Shown: piece by piece, positions 9,401 through 17,878 of the stretch | Layout of the letters: each line of letters opens with the position of its first letter | Position numbering within the stretch: position 1 is the stretch's first letter | Source of the DNA: a candidate division WOR-3 bacterium | GTDB taxonomy: Bacteria; Hydrothermota; Tepidihabitantia; Tepidihabitantales; Tepidihabitantaceae | NCBI GenBank assembly: GCA_037441285.1 | Contig: JBBISL010000019.1 | Coordinates: 1-38,953 of the forward strand | Direction of reading: 5' to 3' | Length of the DNA stretch: 38,953 nt | Program-made: the position numbers and the translations under genes | The notes under the pieces: generated by a model | What the model was told of the DNA's origin: nothing | The model's database searches: none | The model's input: the letters and a program-made list of their open reading frames with translations, nothing else

Positions 9401-10193
9401 AGATTGATTCAAGGATGGCGATTTTGGAGCGCCAGCCCAGTCGGGTGCGCCAGTCACACAGCCATTTCAATGAGTCGGCAAATTGCTGACTGGTGATAAT
9501 CAGATGTTCGTACTCACCGGGCTCGAGGAATTGGGAGCCAGAACTTTTTGTTCGTCGGGGCGGAGCGAATCGGTCAACATCTTCCGGATTAAGAACAAGC
9601 ATCTTTACCTGGTCGCCAAACATCTTAATCTGCATCTCGGTGTACGCTGGGGTATGGCGTTTACCGGTCTCGTAGTTAAGCCGGACGGTAATGCTGGTCA
9701 GTTGATAGAGTTTCCCTTCAACTGGATTGTAGCGTACCGGGTAAACGAGAAAACTGGCAATGCGGTAACCGGATTTGTTGCCGATATGGGCAAAGGTTGC
9801 TGGTTGGGCGGGCCAGGCTTCATCTCTTGAGTATATTGAAGGGTCGGGTGGTACGAAGGGCATTGGTTCGTAATCTTTTTTCCAGGGGATGGGGTGTTGG
9901 ACCGGCAGTATTTTGTAAGAGCCGGGGAGTGGTTGTTCTTTGTACGATACAATTTCTATGTTTGTGACTTCGGCATCGGCGGGAATGACAACCTGATAGG
10001 GCAGGACGGGTAAATCAGGTTCTCCGAGTTTTCCCGGATGGGCTGCCATTTCAAAGTCCACTTTGGTCCAGCCATCTTCAGTCTCAATCTGGAGTGCATT
10101 GACCGGGTAGTTGAAACTACGGGTGATACTGCCTCCGATGGAGACGGCGACGGCGGCAACCAGCGTCAGTACGACGATAGTGAGACGCTGCAT
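6465..10193 (-). CDS. Gingipain-like peptidase C25 (paralog A): propeptide, C25 domain, Ig-like modules, FlgD-Ig/T9SS-like CTD
   Basis: ATG at 10193 with AGGAGG RBS and a signal peptide. Propeptide motif GEPDLP, catalytic AHGS and AVCCNVG, LFGEPA, and CTD WNGTDNAGKKLSNGVYF. Confidence 0.88.
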   Translation of the reverse strand: MQRLTIVVLTLVAAVAVSIGGSITRSFNYPVNALQIETEDGWTKVDFEMAAHPGKLGEPDLPVLPYQVVIPADAEVTNIEIVSYKEQPLPGSYKILPVQHPIPWKKDYEPMPFVPPDPSIYSRDEAWPAQPATFAHIGNKSGYRIASFLVYPVRYNPVEGKLYQLTSITVRLNYETGKRHTPAYTEMQIKMFGDQVKMLVLNPEDVDRFAPPRRTKSSGSQFLEPGEYEHLIITSQQFADSLKWLCDWRTRLGWRSKIAILESICSTYPGRDNAEKMRNFIKDADTTWGVIYVFIARPDYPANYYRTCYVYGYYFASDMYFSDLDGTWDRNNNNIFGENADSVDGYADVHVGMMTLNQFSEIANVRSKIFRYETAPDTTGEWWHKILLPNGVSFSNNYNDSIANASPSPPWFDLKMYYSGGMVSPTPQRYCDSLNSGYTFNSVIAHGSPDHYQLGGDVTSQMMLGLTNTNRLNCITAVCCNVGQWDQGSTNGDCIAENMFNHAPNGFIGVMMNYESGWVDVAEKLNYAIGYGFLNFRTSRKVHQGEMLSYGRDYWVPVILDSQKYRMEIMERTLFGEPATPIWSAKPFIAQVTKPGAINIGNNIPVTITVQNPGFAPVESAMVVLQKPGETFVRGFTDASGQVTLLVSCATPGFLQVAITGANNIPYLDSIVVMSSGRYVAYLRHSINDSAPGGNGDGIINPGESFRIPTWLKNYGTQQANNVTARLRTHTAGVTITDSVKTYGNIPAGDSALNSQGFAMTVAQGLPNGYAIPCSLICKDALDSTWVSYVTFYVGAPAIGFVAKTVKDSMGSQPNGRLDPGETADLEVTLANTGLGNAYNVRAVLRSGDSRLTVPDSLALYGTILVDSSLTNYSDHFTITADPSILPETPISCTLNIYADNGYFSQATFTIVVGEIRSIDPIPDNSNPPLYWAYDEVDTLYPPHPEFNWVEIRNLGTRLTLSDDQTVQVNLPPAFGPFIFYGQSYTQISVCSNGWIAPGYTTVTTYINTSLPNTSMPPLLAANWDDLYPPTGNSVWYYHDSANHRFIIEWDSVHYYNPREQWDKFQIILYDTTVAAEDGNCRFVFQYLTANQPGNSATVGVQDPTRTKYIQTLFDGSYHRAASPWVPAHAIKFSTDLPTGVSEEYGAKLLSNGRILAVAPSLFHRTTSIHWLIAREGYVDLTVFDATGRAVKTIASGKMAPGNYSAMWNGTDNAGKKLSNGVYFIRLQTPESSTKVKTVITR
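6972..7271 (-). repeat. 300-bp exact repeat, copy 1 (inverted relative to 35378-35677)
   Basis: Base-by-base comparison with the reverse complement of 35378-35677 shows no mismatch, and both flanking bases mismatch. Confidence 0.95.
7332..7364 (-). repeat. 33-bp exact repeat, inverted copy of 35285-35317
   Basis: CATCCTGAGTTCAACTGGGTGGAAATCAGAAAC occurs in both C25 genes. Confidence 0.9.
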
Positions 10194-10274
10194 TGTTGTG
10201 CCTCCTTTTGGATTATAGATAGCCATTTATTCCTTGCACGGTGAACTCTATTAAGTCATTCCGCGCACTTGATT

Positions 10275-10335
10275 ATTATACCCATCGGGTATAAAAGTCA
10301 ACATAAATTGACATTACAGTTTTTACAAGGAAAAT
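10275..10335. promoter_or_regulatory. Back-to-back sigma70-type promoters with a palindromic operator candidate
   Basis: On the - strand, TTGACT (10301-10296) and TATAAT are 15 nt apart. On the + strand, TTGACA (10308-10313)-N16-GAAAAT. Palindrome TTATACCC-ATC-GGGTATAA at 10276-10294. Confidence 0.5.
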
Positions 10336-10343
10336 TGAACGAG

Positions 10344-11483
10344 ATGTTAAATCAAAAACTGGAACGCATCCGGGCGCTCTTTCCGGTTGTAAACCGACTG
10401 GTCTATCTGAACCATGCGGGCACCGGACCATTGCCCTTACCGGTTATCCGGGAGATTGAGAGGTTCTGTAAGAAAGCGGCAGAACAGGGGTCGGTGCCAT
10501 ATCAGGAGGCAGAGGGTGTTGTTGAGAAGACCCGGCGCCTGGTTGCGCGGCTGATGGGGGCAAAGCCGGCGGAGGTTGCCTTTGTAAAAAACACTTCAAG
10601 TGGAATTATCATTGCAATTGGCTCAATCCCCTGGGAGCGGGATGTCAATATGATTATGATGAAGGACGCCTTTCCTTCAAACTCTTACCCGTATCATCTG
10701 CTATTACCTGAGGTTGAAAAGCGGTTTGTTACCAGTGCCGAACTCACGGAGGGACCGGAGTGTGTGTTTCGTCTGGTTGATGAGCACACCCGGGCGATTG
10801 CTTTGGACTGGGTCCATTTTCTTTCGGGCGCGCGGTTTGACATTGAGGCGATTAGCCGGTTTTGTCAGGAGCGAGGGATTTATTTTATCGTTGATGCGAT
10901 TCAGGGTTTGGGTGCGATTGCCACAAATTTTAGTAAAATCGGTGCCGATTTTGTGGTCGCAGGGGGAGGAAAGTGGCTTTTCGCCCCTCAAGGTATTGGC
11001 GTGATGTATGTAAATTCTCGGGTTTTGCCCCGGCTTAGACCCTTTAATCTGGGCTGGCTTTCCTGTGAGTGGCAGGAGTTCAACGACTGCTTTACCCCAA
11101 AGCCATTGAAGAAGGGCGCACGGCGATTTGAGGAGGGCACGAAGAATTACCTCGGGATTTACGGTTTACAGGCGGCGTTAAAAATTCTACTCGGATTTGG
11201 CATTGACAATATCAACAACCGGATAAACGGCTTGATTGAACAACTGCGCGATAGAGTCACTGCGCTGGGTTTTGAGATTTTGACACCCGAAAATGCAAAC
11301 CAGCGAGCCGGAATCCTTACCTGCCGGCGCGATGGTGCCAATATGGTCCATTTACAGCAACGATTGGAGGAAAAGGGTTTTGTTATCTCAGTGCGCGAGA
11401 ACTGGCTGAGGATATCTCCGCACTTCTACAACACCGAAGCCGAAATTGAACAGTTTGCCGAACAGGTTAAACTTATTAGATGA
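10344..11483 (+). CDS. Class V PLP-dependent aminotransferase / cysteine desulfurase-like enzyme
   Basis: YLNHAGTGP, VDAIQGLG, GGGKWLFAPQGIG (PLP Lys), RFEEGT, LRISPHFYN. Start moved to the ATG at 10344. Confidence 0.85.
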   Translation: MLNQKLERIRALFPVVNRLVYLNHAGTGPLPLPVIREIERFCKKAAEQGSVPYQEAEGVVEKTRRLVARLMGAKPAEVAFVKNTSSGIIIAIGSIPWERDVNMIMMKDAFPSNSYPYHLLLPEVEKRFVTSAELTEGPECVFRLVDEHTRAIALDWVHFLSGARFDIEAISRFCQERGIYFIVDAIQGLGAIATNFSKIGADFVVAGGGKWLFAPQGIGVMYVNSRVLPRLRPFNLGWLSCEWQEFNDCFTPKPLKKGARRFEEGTKNYLGIYGLQAALKILLGFGIDNINNRINGLIEQLRDRVTALGFEILTPENANQRAGILTCRRDGANMVHLQQRLEEKGFVISVRENWLRISPHFYNTEAEIEQFAEQVKLIR

Positions 11484-12127
11484 TACGCCGACTTCTCACA
11501 ATATTTCTGATGCTTAATTTCATCTCTCCCACAGTTCGGGCGGATGCTGATAAGACCGTAGATGTGATAGACGAAGGTGAGGGACAGTTCCGAATCGAAG
11601 TTCCGCTGAGTCCGGTTGACACAAGCCGGGTTATCAGGAAACCACCGAGCCCGGAAGATGATTGGTCTTTTGATGACGGTGGCGCGGGTATTGGTTATCT
11701 TAAAATAGCGATAGACACATTTCCCGCTGAGGTTTATCTTGATGGCAAGAAATTGATGCTTAACGGTCCAATGCAGGAGTTTTCCATTTTACAGGGTAAA
11801 CATTTTGTCAGCATCTTTTCCCCGAAACAGGTTTACCTCGCATACCGGGATGAAACGCCCGAGGTGTTCTGGCAGAAGGTTACGCCCGAAGGGTTGGGTG
11901 CGGACCATTTTGGGCTTATTGCCAGTTACGAGCGCGAGGCGGTGCGCACCGGCACGAGATGGATTCAGGTGTCCCGTGACGAGACGCTGGCGGTGCGGCT
12001 TTCACCGGTGGAAGCGCGACGGGCTTATCGCCGGAATGCGACAACAGCGGCGATTACTTTCTTTAGCATTGCAACGGTAATTGCCGCGGCAATGTTTGGC
12101 AGTGCAGCATTACTGGCAGGAGAGTGA
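11480..12127 (+). CDS. Exported PEGA-like domain protein with a C-terminal hydrophobic helix
   Basis: Signal peptide, GYLKIAIDTFPAEVYLDGK PEGA-like strand pattern, hydrophobic C-terminus. Confidence 0.5.
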   Translation: MIRRLLTIFLMLNFISPTVRADADKTVDVIDEGEGQFRIEVPLSPVDTSRVIRKPPSPEDDWSFDDGGAGIGYLKIAIDTFPAEVYLDGKKLMLNGPMQEFSILQGKHFVSIFSPKQVYLAYRDETPEVFWQKVTPEGLGADHFGLIASYEREAVRTGTRWIQVSRDETLAVRLSPVEARRAYRRNATTAAITFFSIATVIAAAMFGSAALLAGE

Positions 12128-13797
12128 ATGTGTTGTCGGACATTGAGATTGCTCAGAAGATAAGACTTTTACCAATCTGGGAGATTGCCCGAGGGTTGGG
12201 GATTAACGATATGGATTTAATCCTGCCTTATGGCAATTACAAGGCGAAACTCTCGGTTCGGTTGCTGGAACAAATTAAATCTCAGCCTACCGGCAAACTG
12301 GTGCTTGTTACTGCGATTACCCCAACTAAATTTGGTGAAGGTAAGACCACAGTGTCAATTGGTCTTTCAATGGCGTTTAATCGGTTGGGCAGGAAGTCAA
12401 TAGTCGTACTGCGGCAGCCGTCGCTGGGACCGGTCTTCGGGATTAAAGGCGGGGCGGCGGGTGGCGGTTATTCCCAGGTATTGCCGATGGAGGACATCAA
12501 TTTGCACTTTACCGGTGATATCCATGCGGTCACCGCGGCTCACAATTTGCTTTCGGCAATGCTGGACAACTCGCTCCATTTTGACAATCCGCTTGGTATT
12601 GATGAACGGGAGATATTCTTTCCCCGGACAATTGATATGAACGACCGGGTGATGCGTTCAATGGTCGTTGGTTTAGGAGGCAAGAGTAACGGACCAGCCC
12701 GGGAGGACAGTTGTGTTATTACTGCCGCCTCGGAAGTTATGGCGATTCTTGGATTGGCGCGAGACCGCTCTGATTTGAAAAAAAGGCTGGCACGAATTCT
12801 TGTGGCTTTGAGTTTCGAGGACAAGCCGATTACCGCCGGTGACCTTGGCGCGACGGGCGCAATGGCGGCGCTTTTGAAAGATGCGATTAAGCCCAATTTA
12901 GTCCAGACAACAGAGAATACGCCGGCGCTGATTCATACCGGTCCTTTTGCCAACATTGCTCACGGTACCGCATCAATCATTGCGGCTAATGCCGCGCTCC
13001 GTCTATCCGAATTGACCGTGATTGAAGCCGGGTTCGGCTCAGACCTGGGGGCGGAAAAGTTTATTGACCTGGTGGCGCCGATTGGCGGATTCAAGGTTGA
13101 CGGCTGTGTGCTGGTGGCAACATTACGTGCCCTGAAACATCAGGGTGGAGCGCCGGATGCCCGCAAGGGGATGTTGCGCCATCTCTGGCTGGGCCTGGAA
13201 AATTTGCGGCGCCATATTGAGAACTGCCGAACACTTGGTATGGAACCGGTGGTAGCGGTTAATCGGTTTGAAACCGATTCGCCCGACGAGTTAAAACTGA
13301 TTGTCAAGTCTTGTGAGGAGTTAGGTGTCCGGGCGGTTATCTGTGCGCCGCACAGCGCCGGTGGCAAGGGTTGCGAGGAACTGGGTCAGGCGGTTCTGGA
13401 ACAGATGGAACAAAAACCCGGTGATAATAAACCGGTCTATGATGCGGAGATGAGGGTGGAGGATAAGATTGAAGCGGTTGCCCGGAAAATTTACGGTGCC
13501 GAACGGGTTGTTTACACGCCACGCGCCGAGCGGGACATCAAGCGGATTTATGCGCTGGGGTATGATAAACTCCCTATCTGTATTGCCAAAACGCCCCTTT
13601 CTTTGAGCGATGACCCGGATTGCCTTGGTGTCTGCAGTGGTTTTAAGATAACCATTTCCGCGATCCACATTCGAGCCGGTGCCGGATATCTTGTGCCGGT
13701 AGCAGGTGAAATGGAGTTACTGCCCGGGCTGGCAAAGAAGCCGAATGCTTTGAAGATTGACATTGCCGATGACGGCAGAATCAGTGGATTGTCTTAA
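12124..13797 (+). CDS. fhs: Formate--tetrahydrofolate ligase
   Basis: TAITPTKFGEGKTT, GIKGGAAGGGYSQV, NLHFTGDIHA, GPFANIAHG, EAGFGSDLGAEKF. Confidence 0.97.
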   Translation: MNVLSDIEIAQKIRLLPIWEIARGLGINDMDLILPYGNYKAKLSVRLLEQIKSQPTGKLVLVTAITPTKFGEGKTTVSIGLSMAFNRLGRKSIVVLRQPSLGPVFGIKGGAAGGGYSQVLPMEDINLHFTGDIHAVTAAHNLLSAMLDNSLHFDNPLGIDEREIFFPRTIDMNDRVMRSMVVGLGGKSNGPAREDSCVITAASEVMAILGLARDRSDLKKRLARILVALSFEDKPITAGDLGATGAMAALLKDAIKPNLVQTTENTPALIHTGPFANIAHGTASIIAANAALRLSELTVIEAGFGSDLGAEKFIDLVAPIGGFKVDGCVLVATLRALKHQGGAPDARKGMLRHLWLGLENLRRHIENCRTLGMEPVVAVNRFETDSPDELKLIVKSCEELGVRAVICAPHSAGGKGCEELGQAVLEQMEQKPGDNKPVYDAEMRVEDKIEAVARKIYGAERVVYTPRAERDIKRIYALGYDKLPICIAKTPLSLSDDPDCLGVCSGFKITISAIHIRAGAGYLVPVAGEMELLPGLAKKPNALKIDIADDGRISGLS

Positions 13798-13808
13798 TCG
13801 GGTGCTAA

Positions 13809-14153
13809 CTAATTAGTGCTCTTGTCGCTTTTTAAAAGGGCACGCAGTTCAATCAACTGTTTTTTTAGCCAGAGGAGGAGTTGCGCATAATCCCTGGTTT
13901 GAGGAATTTCTTCTTCGGTTATACTCAGCGTAGCAAGTTTGCGTTTGGCACCCTTGACCGTCATCTTTTCCCGGTGAAGCAGATGTTGAATCAGTTCCAG
14001 TTTTTTTAGCTGTTCTGATGATACGATGCGCCGACCCGCGGAGTTGCGTTTGAACTTTATTTCAAACTCCTTTTCCCAGTAGCGCAGCGTATGAGGCTGG
14101 ATGCCCAATTTTTTGCAGACCTGCGTAACCGAATAAAATTTCTGAGGGCTCAT
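13809..14153 (-). CDS. MerR-family HTH regulator (short type)
   Basis: YSVTQVCKKLGIQPHTLRYWEKEF...RNSAGRR...TVKGAK. Confidence 0.85.
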   Translation of the reverse strand: MSPQKFYSVTQVCKKLGIQPHTLRYWEKEFEIKFKRNSAGRRIVSSEQLKKLELIQHLLHREKMTVKGAKRKLATLSITEEEIPQTRDYAQLLLWLKKQLIELRALLKSDKSTN

Positions 14154-15149
14154 TTAATAAAACTCCTTTTTTAATGGCCGACTGAGCAAACGTTCAATAC
14201 TTTCTAATGGTTGAGTTCCCTGATAAAGGATTCGGTAAACCTCTTCCGTAATCGGCATTTCAACCCGCATTTGATGGGCAAGTTCTCGTCCGGTAAGGGC
14301 GGTAACCGCGCCTTCGGCAACTCCGGTAAGTTCTGCCTGGGCGGTGCGGGCGTCTTTACCTTTGCCCACCAACAGCCCTAACTGGTGGTTGCGAGAGTAT
14401 GGAGAAAAAGCGGTGACAATCAAGTCACCCATTCCTGCCAGACCGGAGAAGGTCAGAGGGTTGGCATTGAGTGCCAGTCCGAGCCGGGTGATTTCTGCCA
14501 GACCACGGGTTAAAAGCGCCGCTTTGGCATTAATGCCCAGACCCAACCCATCAATGATGCCCGCCGCGATGGCAATGACATTCTTGAAGGCGGCAGCGAT
14601 TTCAACACCGACAACATCGGTGTGATAATAAATCCGGAGGTTGGAAGTGGTAAAAAGGTCGCGAACAAATTGTGCCGCATCTTCATTTTCTGACACGGCA
14701 ACAAGGGAAGTCGGGTCGCCCTGAACCACATCGTAGGGAATTGCTGGCCCGGCAAGGACAACTACCGGTAAGGAGGGGATAGTTGATTGCAGCGCAACCG
14801 AGAGTCGACGTCGAGTTGTTGGTTCGATACCTTTGCTTACCGAGACCAGGGTCCGTGTCGTCTTTGATATCAAGGGGTGAACTGTTTTTGCTGCCTTAAT
14901 GAGAGTTGCCGAAGGTGTGGCAAATACTAATACCGTAGCCTCTTTTAGTACCACTTCGAGATTTGTTGAAAGTTTGATTGTATCGGGCAAAAGTACATTT
15001 TCGGGCAGGTCAGGGTGGCGGTGGGTGGTTTTGAGGTATTCAATATTCTGGGCATTTACATCGTAAAGGGCAACCTCGATTTTCTTTTCAACCAGTTTTA
15101 TTGCTAAGGCGAGTGCCCAGCGGCCAGCGCCGATAAAAGCAACTTTCAT
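14154..15149 (-). CDS. gpsA: NAD(P)H-dependent glycerol-3-phosphate dehydrogenase
   Basis: Start at ATG 15149 (ATGA overlap with plsY). IGAGRWA, SKGIE, KNVIAIAAG, GLAGMGDLIVT, SRN, VAEG. Confidence 0.95.
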   Translation of the reverse strand: MKVAFIGAGRWALALAIKLVEKKIEVALYDVNAQNIEYLKTTHRHPDLPENVLLPDTIKLSTNLEVVLKEATVLVFATPSATLIKAAKTVHPLISKTTRTLVSVSKGIEPTTRRRLSVALQSTIPSLPVVVLAGPAIPYDVVQGDPTSLVAVSENEDAAQFVRDLFTTSNLRIYYHTDVVGVEIAAAFKNVIAIAAGIIDGLGLGINAKAALLTRGLAEITRLGLALNANPLTFSGLAGMGDLIVTAFSPYSRNHQLGLLVGKGKDARTAQAELTGVAEGAVTALTGRELAHQMRVEMPITEEVYRILYQGTQPLESIERLLSRPLKKEFY

Positions 15150-15760
15150 ATTTCCTGTTTCCTGAAGAGTTTTCGCCACAATCCAAATTGGGGTTCGGTT
15201 TTGTTGAGTAAGCGCCGGATGTTGGGGATATGGCGGATGAAGATGATAAGACCGGTGCCGAGGGCAAAGAGCAAAAGGGGAAGATTGGGGCGATAGCAAA
15301 GTCCGGTTACAAGCGGGAAAAGCAGGGCAAAGGAAAGCGAAGCGAGGGAAACATAGCCGAAGATAATCAGGATTAACAGGTAAACCACCAAAGCGATAAT
15401 CAGACTCCGGGGACAGAGAAAGGCGGCAACCCCGATTGTGGTCGCAACGCCTTTACCGCCGTTAAATCCGAGCCAGGGGGTGAAGATGTGGCCGGTAATG
15501 GCGCCTAATCCAACGAGTACCGGTGTTAATCCAATGTTGCGGGCAAACATTGTGGGCAATAAACCTTTGGCAATGTCAAGAATCAGGACCGGTATCGCCC
15601 AGCCGACACCAAGGGTACGCTGGACATTGGTAAACCCGATGTTACCTGACCCCTTTTTTCTAATATCAATGCCGGCAAGTTTGCCGGCGAGAAAGCCAAA
15701 CGGAATTGAGCCGGGCAAAAAACCAAAAAGGAGTGAAAATAGCCCATTGCCGAGGCTCAT
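15146..15760 (-). CDS. plsY: Glycerol-3-phosphate acyltransferase PlsY (canonical)
   Basis: GSGNIGFTN, DIAKG, GGKGVAT and RHIPNIRRL are all intact. Confidence 0.93.
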   Translation of the reverse strand: MSLGNGLFSLLFGFLPGSIPFGFLAGKLAGIDIRKKGSGNIGFTNVQRTLGVGWAIPVLILDIAKGLLPTMFARNIGLTPVLVGLGAITGHIFTPWLGFNGGKGVATTIGVAAFLCPRSLIIALVVYLLILIIFGYVSLASLSFALLFPLVTGLCYRPNLPLLLFALGTGLIIFIRHIPNIRRLLNKTEPQFGLWRKLFRKQEI

Positions 15761-15823
15761 ATTCAATAGCGTAAATCAGGTCTGATAGCGGAGTTTTCAG
15801 GTTTGTACGCTATGGTCATAGGT

Positions 15824-15854
15824 AATATATACAGGTTTCAAAACATTAAGTCAA
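15824..15854 (-). promoter_or_regulatory. Putative promoter of plsY-gpsA-merR
   Basis: TTGACT-N17-TATATA on the - strand. Confidence 0.45.
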
Positions 15855-16338
15855 TAATGAGCGATTATCGCCGGTTAGGTAGCATCATCCCGGGAGGCAG
15901 ATCGGCTTATTTGTGGTTGTCTGATACCGTAGCGAATGATAATAGTGAAAATCGGGTCCTTAGTCTTTCTAAATCAAATCACCCTACTATATTTAGAGCC
16001 AATAATGCGAAGATTTTAACGATTTGGTTAACATATTAATAAATAGTGAGTTACGCACTGGCTGTAAAATGTTATACGGTCCAGTGGGTCGTTCCGGGGG
16101 TAGTTTCAGTTGTCCCTTTGTCTTTAAAAGTAATCTCAGGTTCAGTTGCAGAACTGTAATTGAAGTCACCGGCACCTTACATTTCAGACGCTTCTGTTAT
16201 GGTGACCAGAATGCCGATAGTGCTAACTTAACCTAATTCGCCCTGGGTTTTGTCCGCGACTGTTTGTTTGAAATTCATCGGGAAAGTCTGTGGGTTGTTG
16301 ATAAGAGATAATGACCGAGATGAAAGGATTGATAAGAT

Positions 16339-16367
16339 TTGACATTAAGAGAATAAGTGCATATCTT
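16339..16367 (+). promoter_or_regulatory. Putative sigma70 promoter
   Basis: TTGACA-N17-TATCTT upstream of 16449, bracketed by the inverted repeat GATAAGAT/ATCTTATC. Confidence 0.5.
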
Positions 16368-16448
16368 ATCTAAGGTGATGTGTTGGAGTTTATCGTTTAT
16401 TATGCGAAGCGGCAAGGAGTGAATGGGCATAAAGGGCGATAATGAGTT

Positions 16449-17231
16449 ATGATTGACGAGAACCTTCCCGAAGGTCCTGGAAAACTGGAGTTCAAGCCGG
16501 ATGAGAAGCGTCTGGCAAAACTCGCCCGTTTCCGTCGGTTTGCGCTCTTAGTTACGATTGTTTTACTGGGTGGCGCTTTGTTGCTTACGCTTACAATTCA
16601 GCCAAGGTGGATGATGGTTGGAGTCGGTCTCAAGCCAGAGACGGAAACGACTGGCAGCGCCCCGCAAAGTGCGGAAACATTTGGAGCCCGCGCCCCGAGC
16701 GTGCCGGTAATGTCTCCCGCCGAGCGGCAAAAGGGTACGATAGTAGCATCGGCGCAGTTGATTGACTCAAGCGCCCGAACTGCAGTTGTCCTGTGGCAAA
16801 GGGCAGAGATGCTGGTGATGGAGGGTGTGCTGGAGCGGGATGGTGCTGAGGAGATTTTAAGGCGGGTCACACTGGCGCGGATGGTCAATGACAGTGCCCG
16901 TGCGCTTTTAAGTGAGGCAAAAGCCGGACTGGCGCGAATGAAGAGTATGACGAACTCGGTGCCGGTAAAGGGTTTAAGATGGAGTGCATTTTTGACTGCA
17001 GGCAGAGATTTTCTTGCGTTGCTGGAGGATGAGTCAAAGGACCGGCTTGCTTGGCTTGATGCCTATGAAAGTTCGGTGCGGGCGTTTGCCAGCGGTGATA
17101 AAGCGAATTTTGAAATCAAGGGTAATGTCGCGGGCGGATATCTGCGGAAGTGTGAGGTACGCCGGCGCAAATTAAGCCGTGCCAGTGTCCGTTTCACCGA
17201 GAGCCGCATCGCGCTGGAAAGCAGTCTGTAA
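16449..17231 (+). CDS. Hypothetical single-pass membrane protein with a helical extracytoplasmic domain
   Basis: 260-aa ORF with one N-terminal TM after a basic stretch. No family recognised. Confidence 0.6.
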   Translation: MIDENLPEGPGKLEFKPDEKRLAKLARFRRFALLVTIVLLGGALLLTLTIQPRWMMVGVGLKPETETTGSAPQSAETFGARAPSVPVMSPAERQKGTIVASAQLIDSSARTAVVLWQRAEMLVMEGVLERDGAEEILRRVTLARMVNDSARALLSEAKAGLARMKSMTNSVPVKGLRWSAFLTAGRDFLALLEDESKDRLAWLDAYESSVRAFASGDKANFEIKGNVAGGYLRKCEVRRRKLSRASVRFTESRIALESSL

Positions 17232-17287
17232 GTTTTAGGGCAATTTTAAACTGGATTTCCCGATAAATTTTTGCTATAATATTTTGA

Positions 17288-17848
17288 TTGATGGGAAGGC
17301 AGGATTCAGAAGGTGTTGAAAGTTTGCCCGCGGTTACTGTTTCAGAGCGGGCGTTACCGCTGGAATATCGCTATCGTACCGGTTTTGCCGGCAGCCTCTT
17401 TGCTGGAGTTATGATTCTAATTGGTATCGTGGTGTTAGGAGGTGGAAGATTTAATGTTTTTTTACTCGTGCTCTGGCTAATTTTGTGCGTTTACGGACTG
17501 GTGGTTTTCAGTGCCGACCCCGATGGTTTCTGGCATTCGGTGGGTAAGAGGTTGATTATCAGTGACGAGTGTCTCGAAGAGGTGGATGAGGAGTGGCGGG
17601 TTCGCTGGGTGATATTGCCCGGTGAGATTGAGACCGTGAAGAAGCATCTGGGAAGACCGGTGTTGCCGTTTGGAATTAATCAAAACTGGCGGGTTGAGGT
17701 TTGGGAGGTGGTAATTAAGAATGGTAAGCGGGTTAAAATTCCGGTGTGGCTTCTGCCCGAAGGCGGAAGAAATTTCAAGCAACGGTTTGAAACTTTTCTC
17801 ACCTTTAGCCGCGAGCGGCTAAAAAAGGATGGTTCGGTGGTTGGTTGA
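17288..17848 (+). CDS. Hypothetical two-TM membrane protein with a small (possibly PH-like) soluble domain
   Basis: Two hydrophobic helices followed by a beta-rich tail. Extended -10 TGCTATAAT at 17272-17280. Confidence 0.55.
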   Translation: MMGRQDSEGVESLPAVTVSERALPLEYRYRTGFAGSLFAGVMILIGIVVLGGGRFNVFLLVLWLILCVYGLVVFSADPDGFWHSVGKRLIISDECLEEVDEEWRVRWVILPGEIETVKKHLGRPVLPFGINQNWRVEVWEVVIKNGKRVKIPVWLLPEGGRNFKQRFETFLTFSRERLKKDGSVVG

Positions 17849-17878
17849 CAAGGGGGGTATTTTAGTTATGATTTGAAT

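Noticed and set aside
12124..13797. fhs as evidence of a Wood-Ljungdahl pathway
   Set aside because: No acs/cooS/metF/folD genes are in the window, and fhs alone is widespread in one-carbon metabolism.
16026..16053. dif-like site (ATATGTTAACC arm) or oriC in the long intergenic region
   Set aside because: The XerC arm is poor, there is no cluster of DnaA boxes, and the + strand looks G-rich on both sides, so no skew switch is evident.
15898..16292. RNase P-like words (CGGCTTAT and GGAAAGTC)
   Set aside because: They occur in the wrong order and the other conserved RNase P elements are missing.
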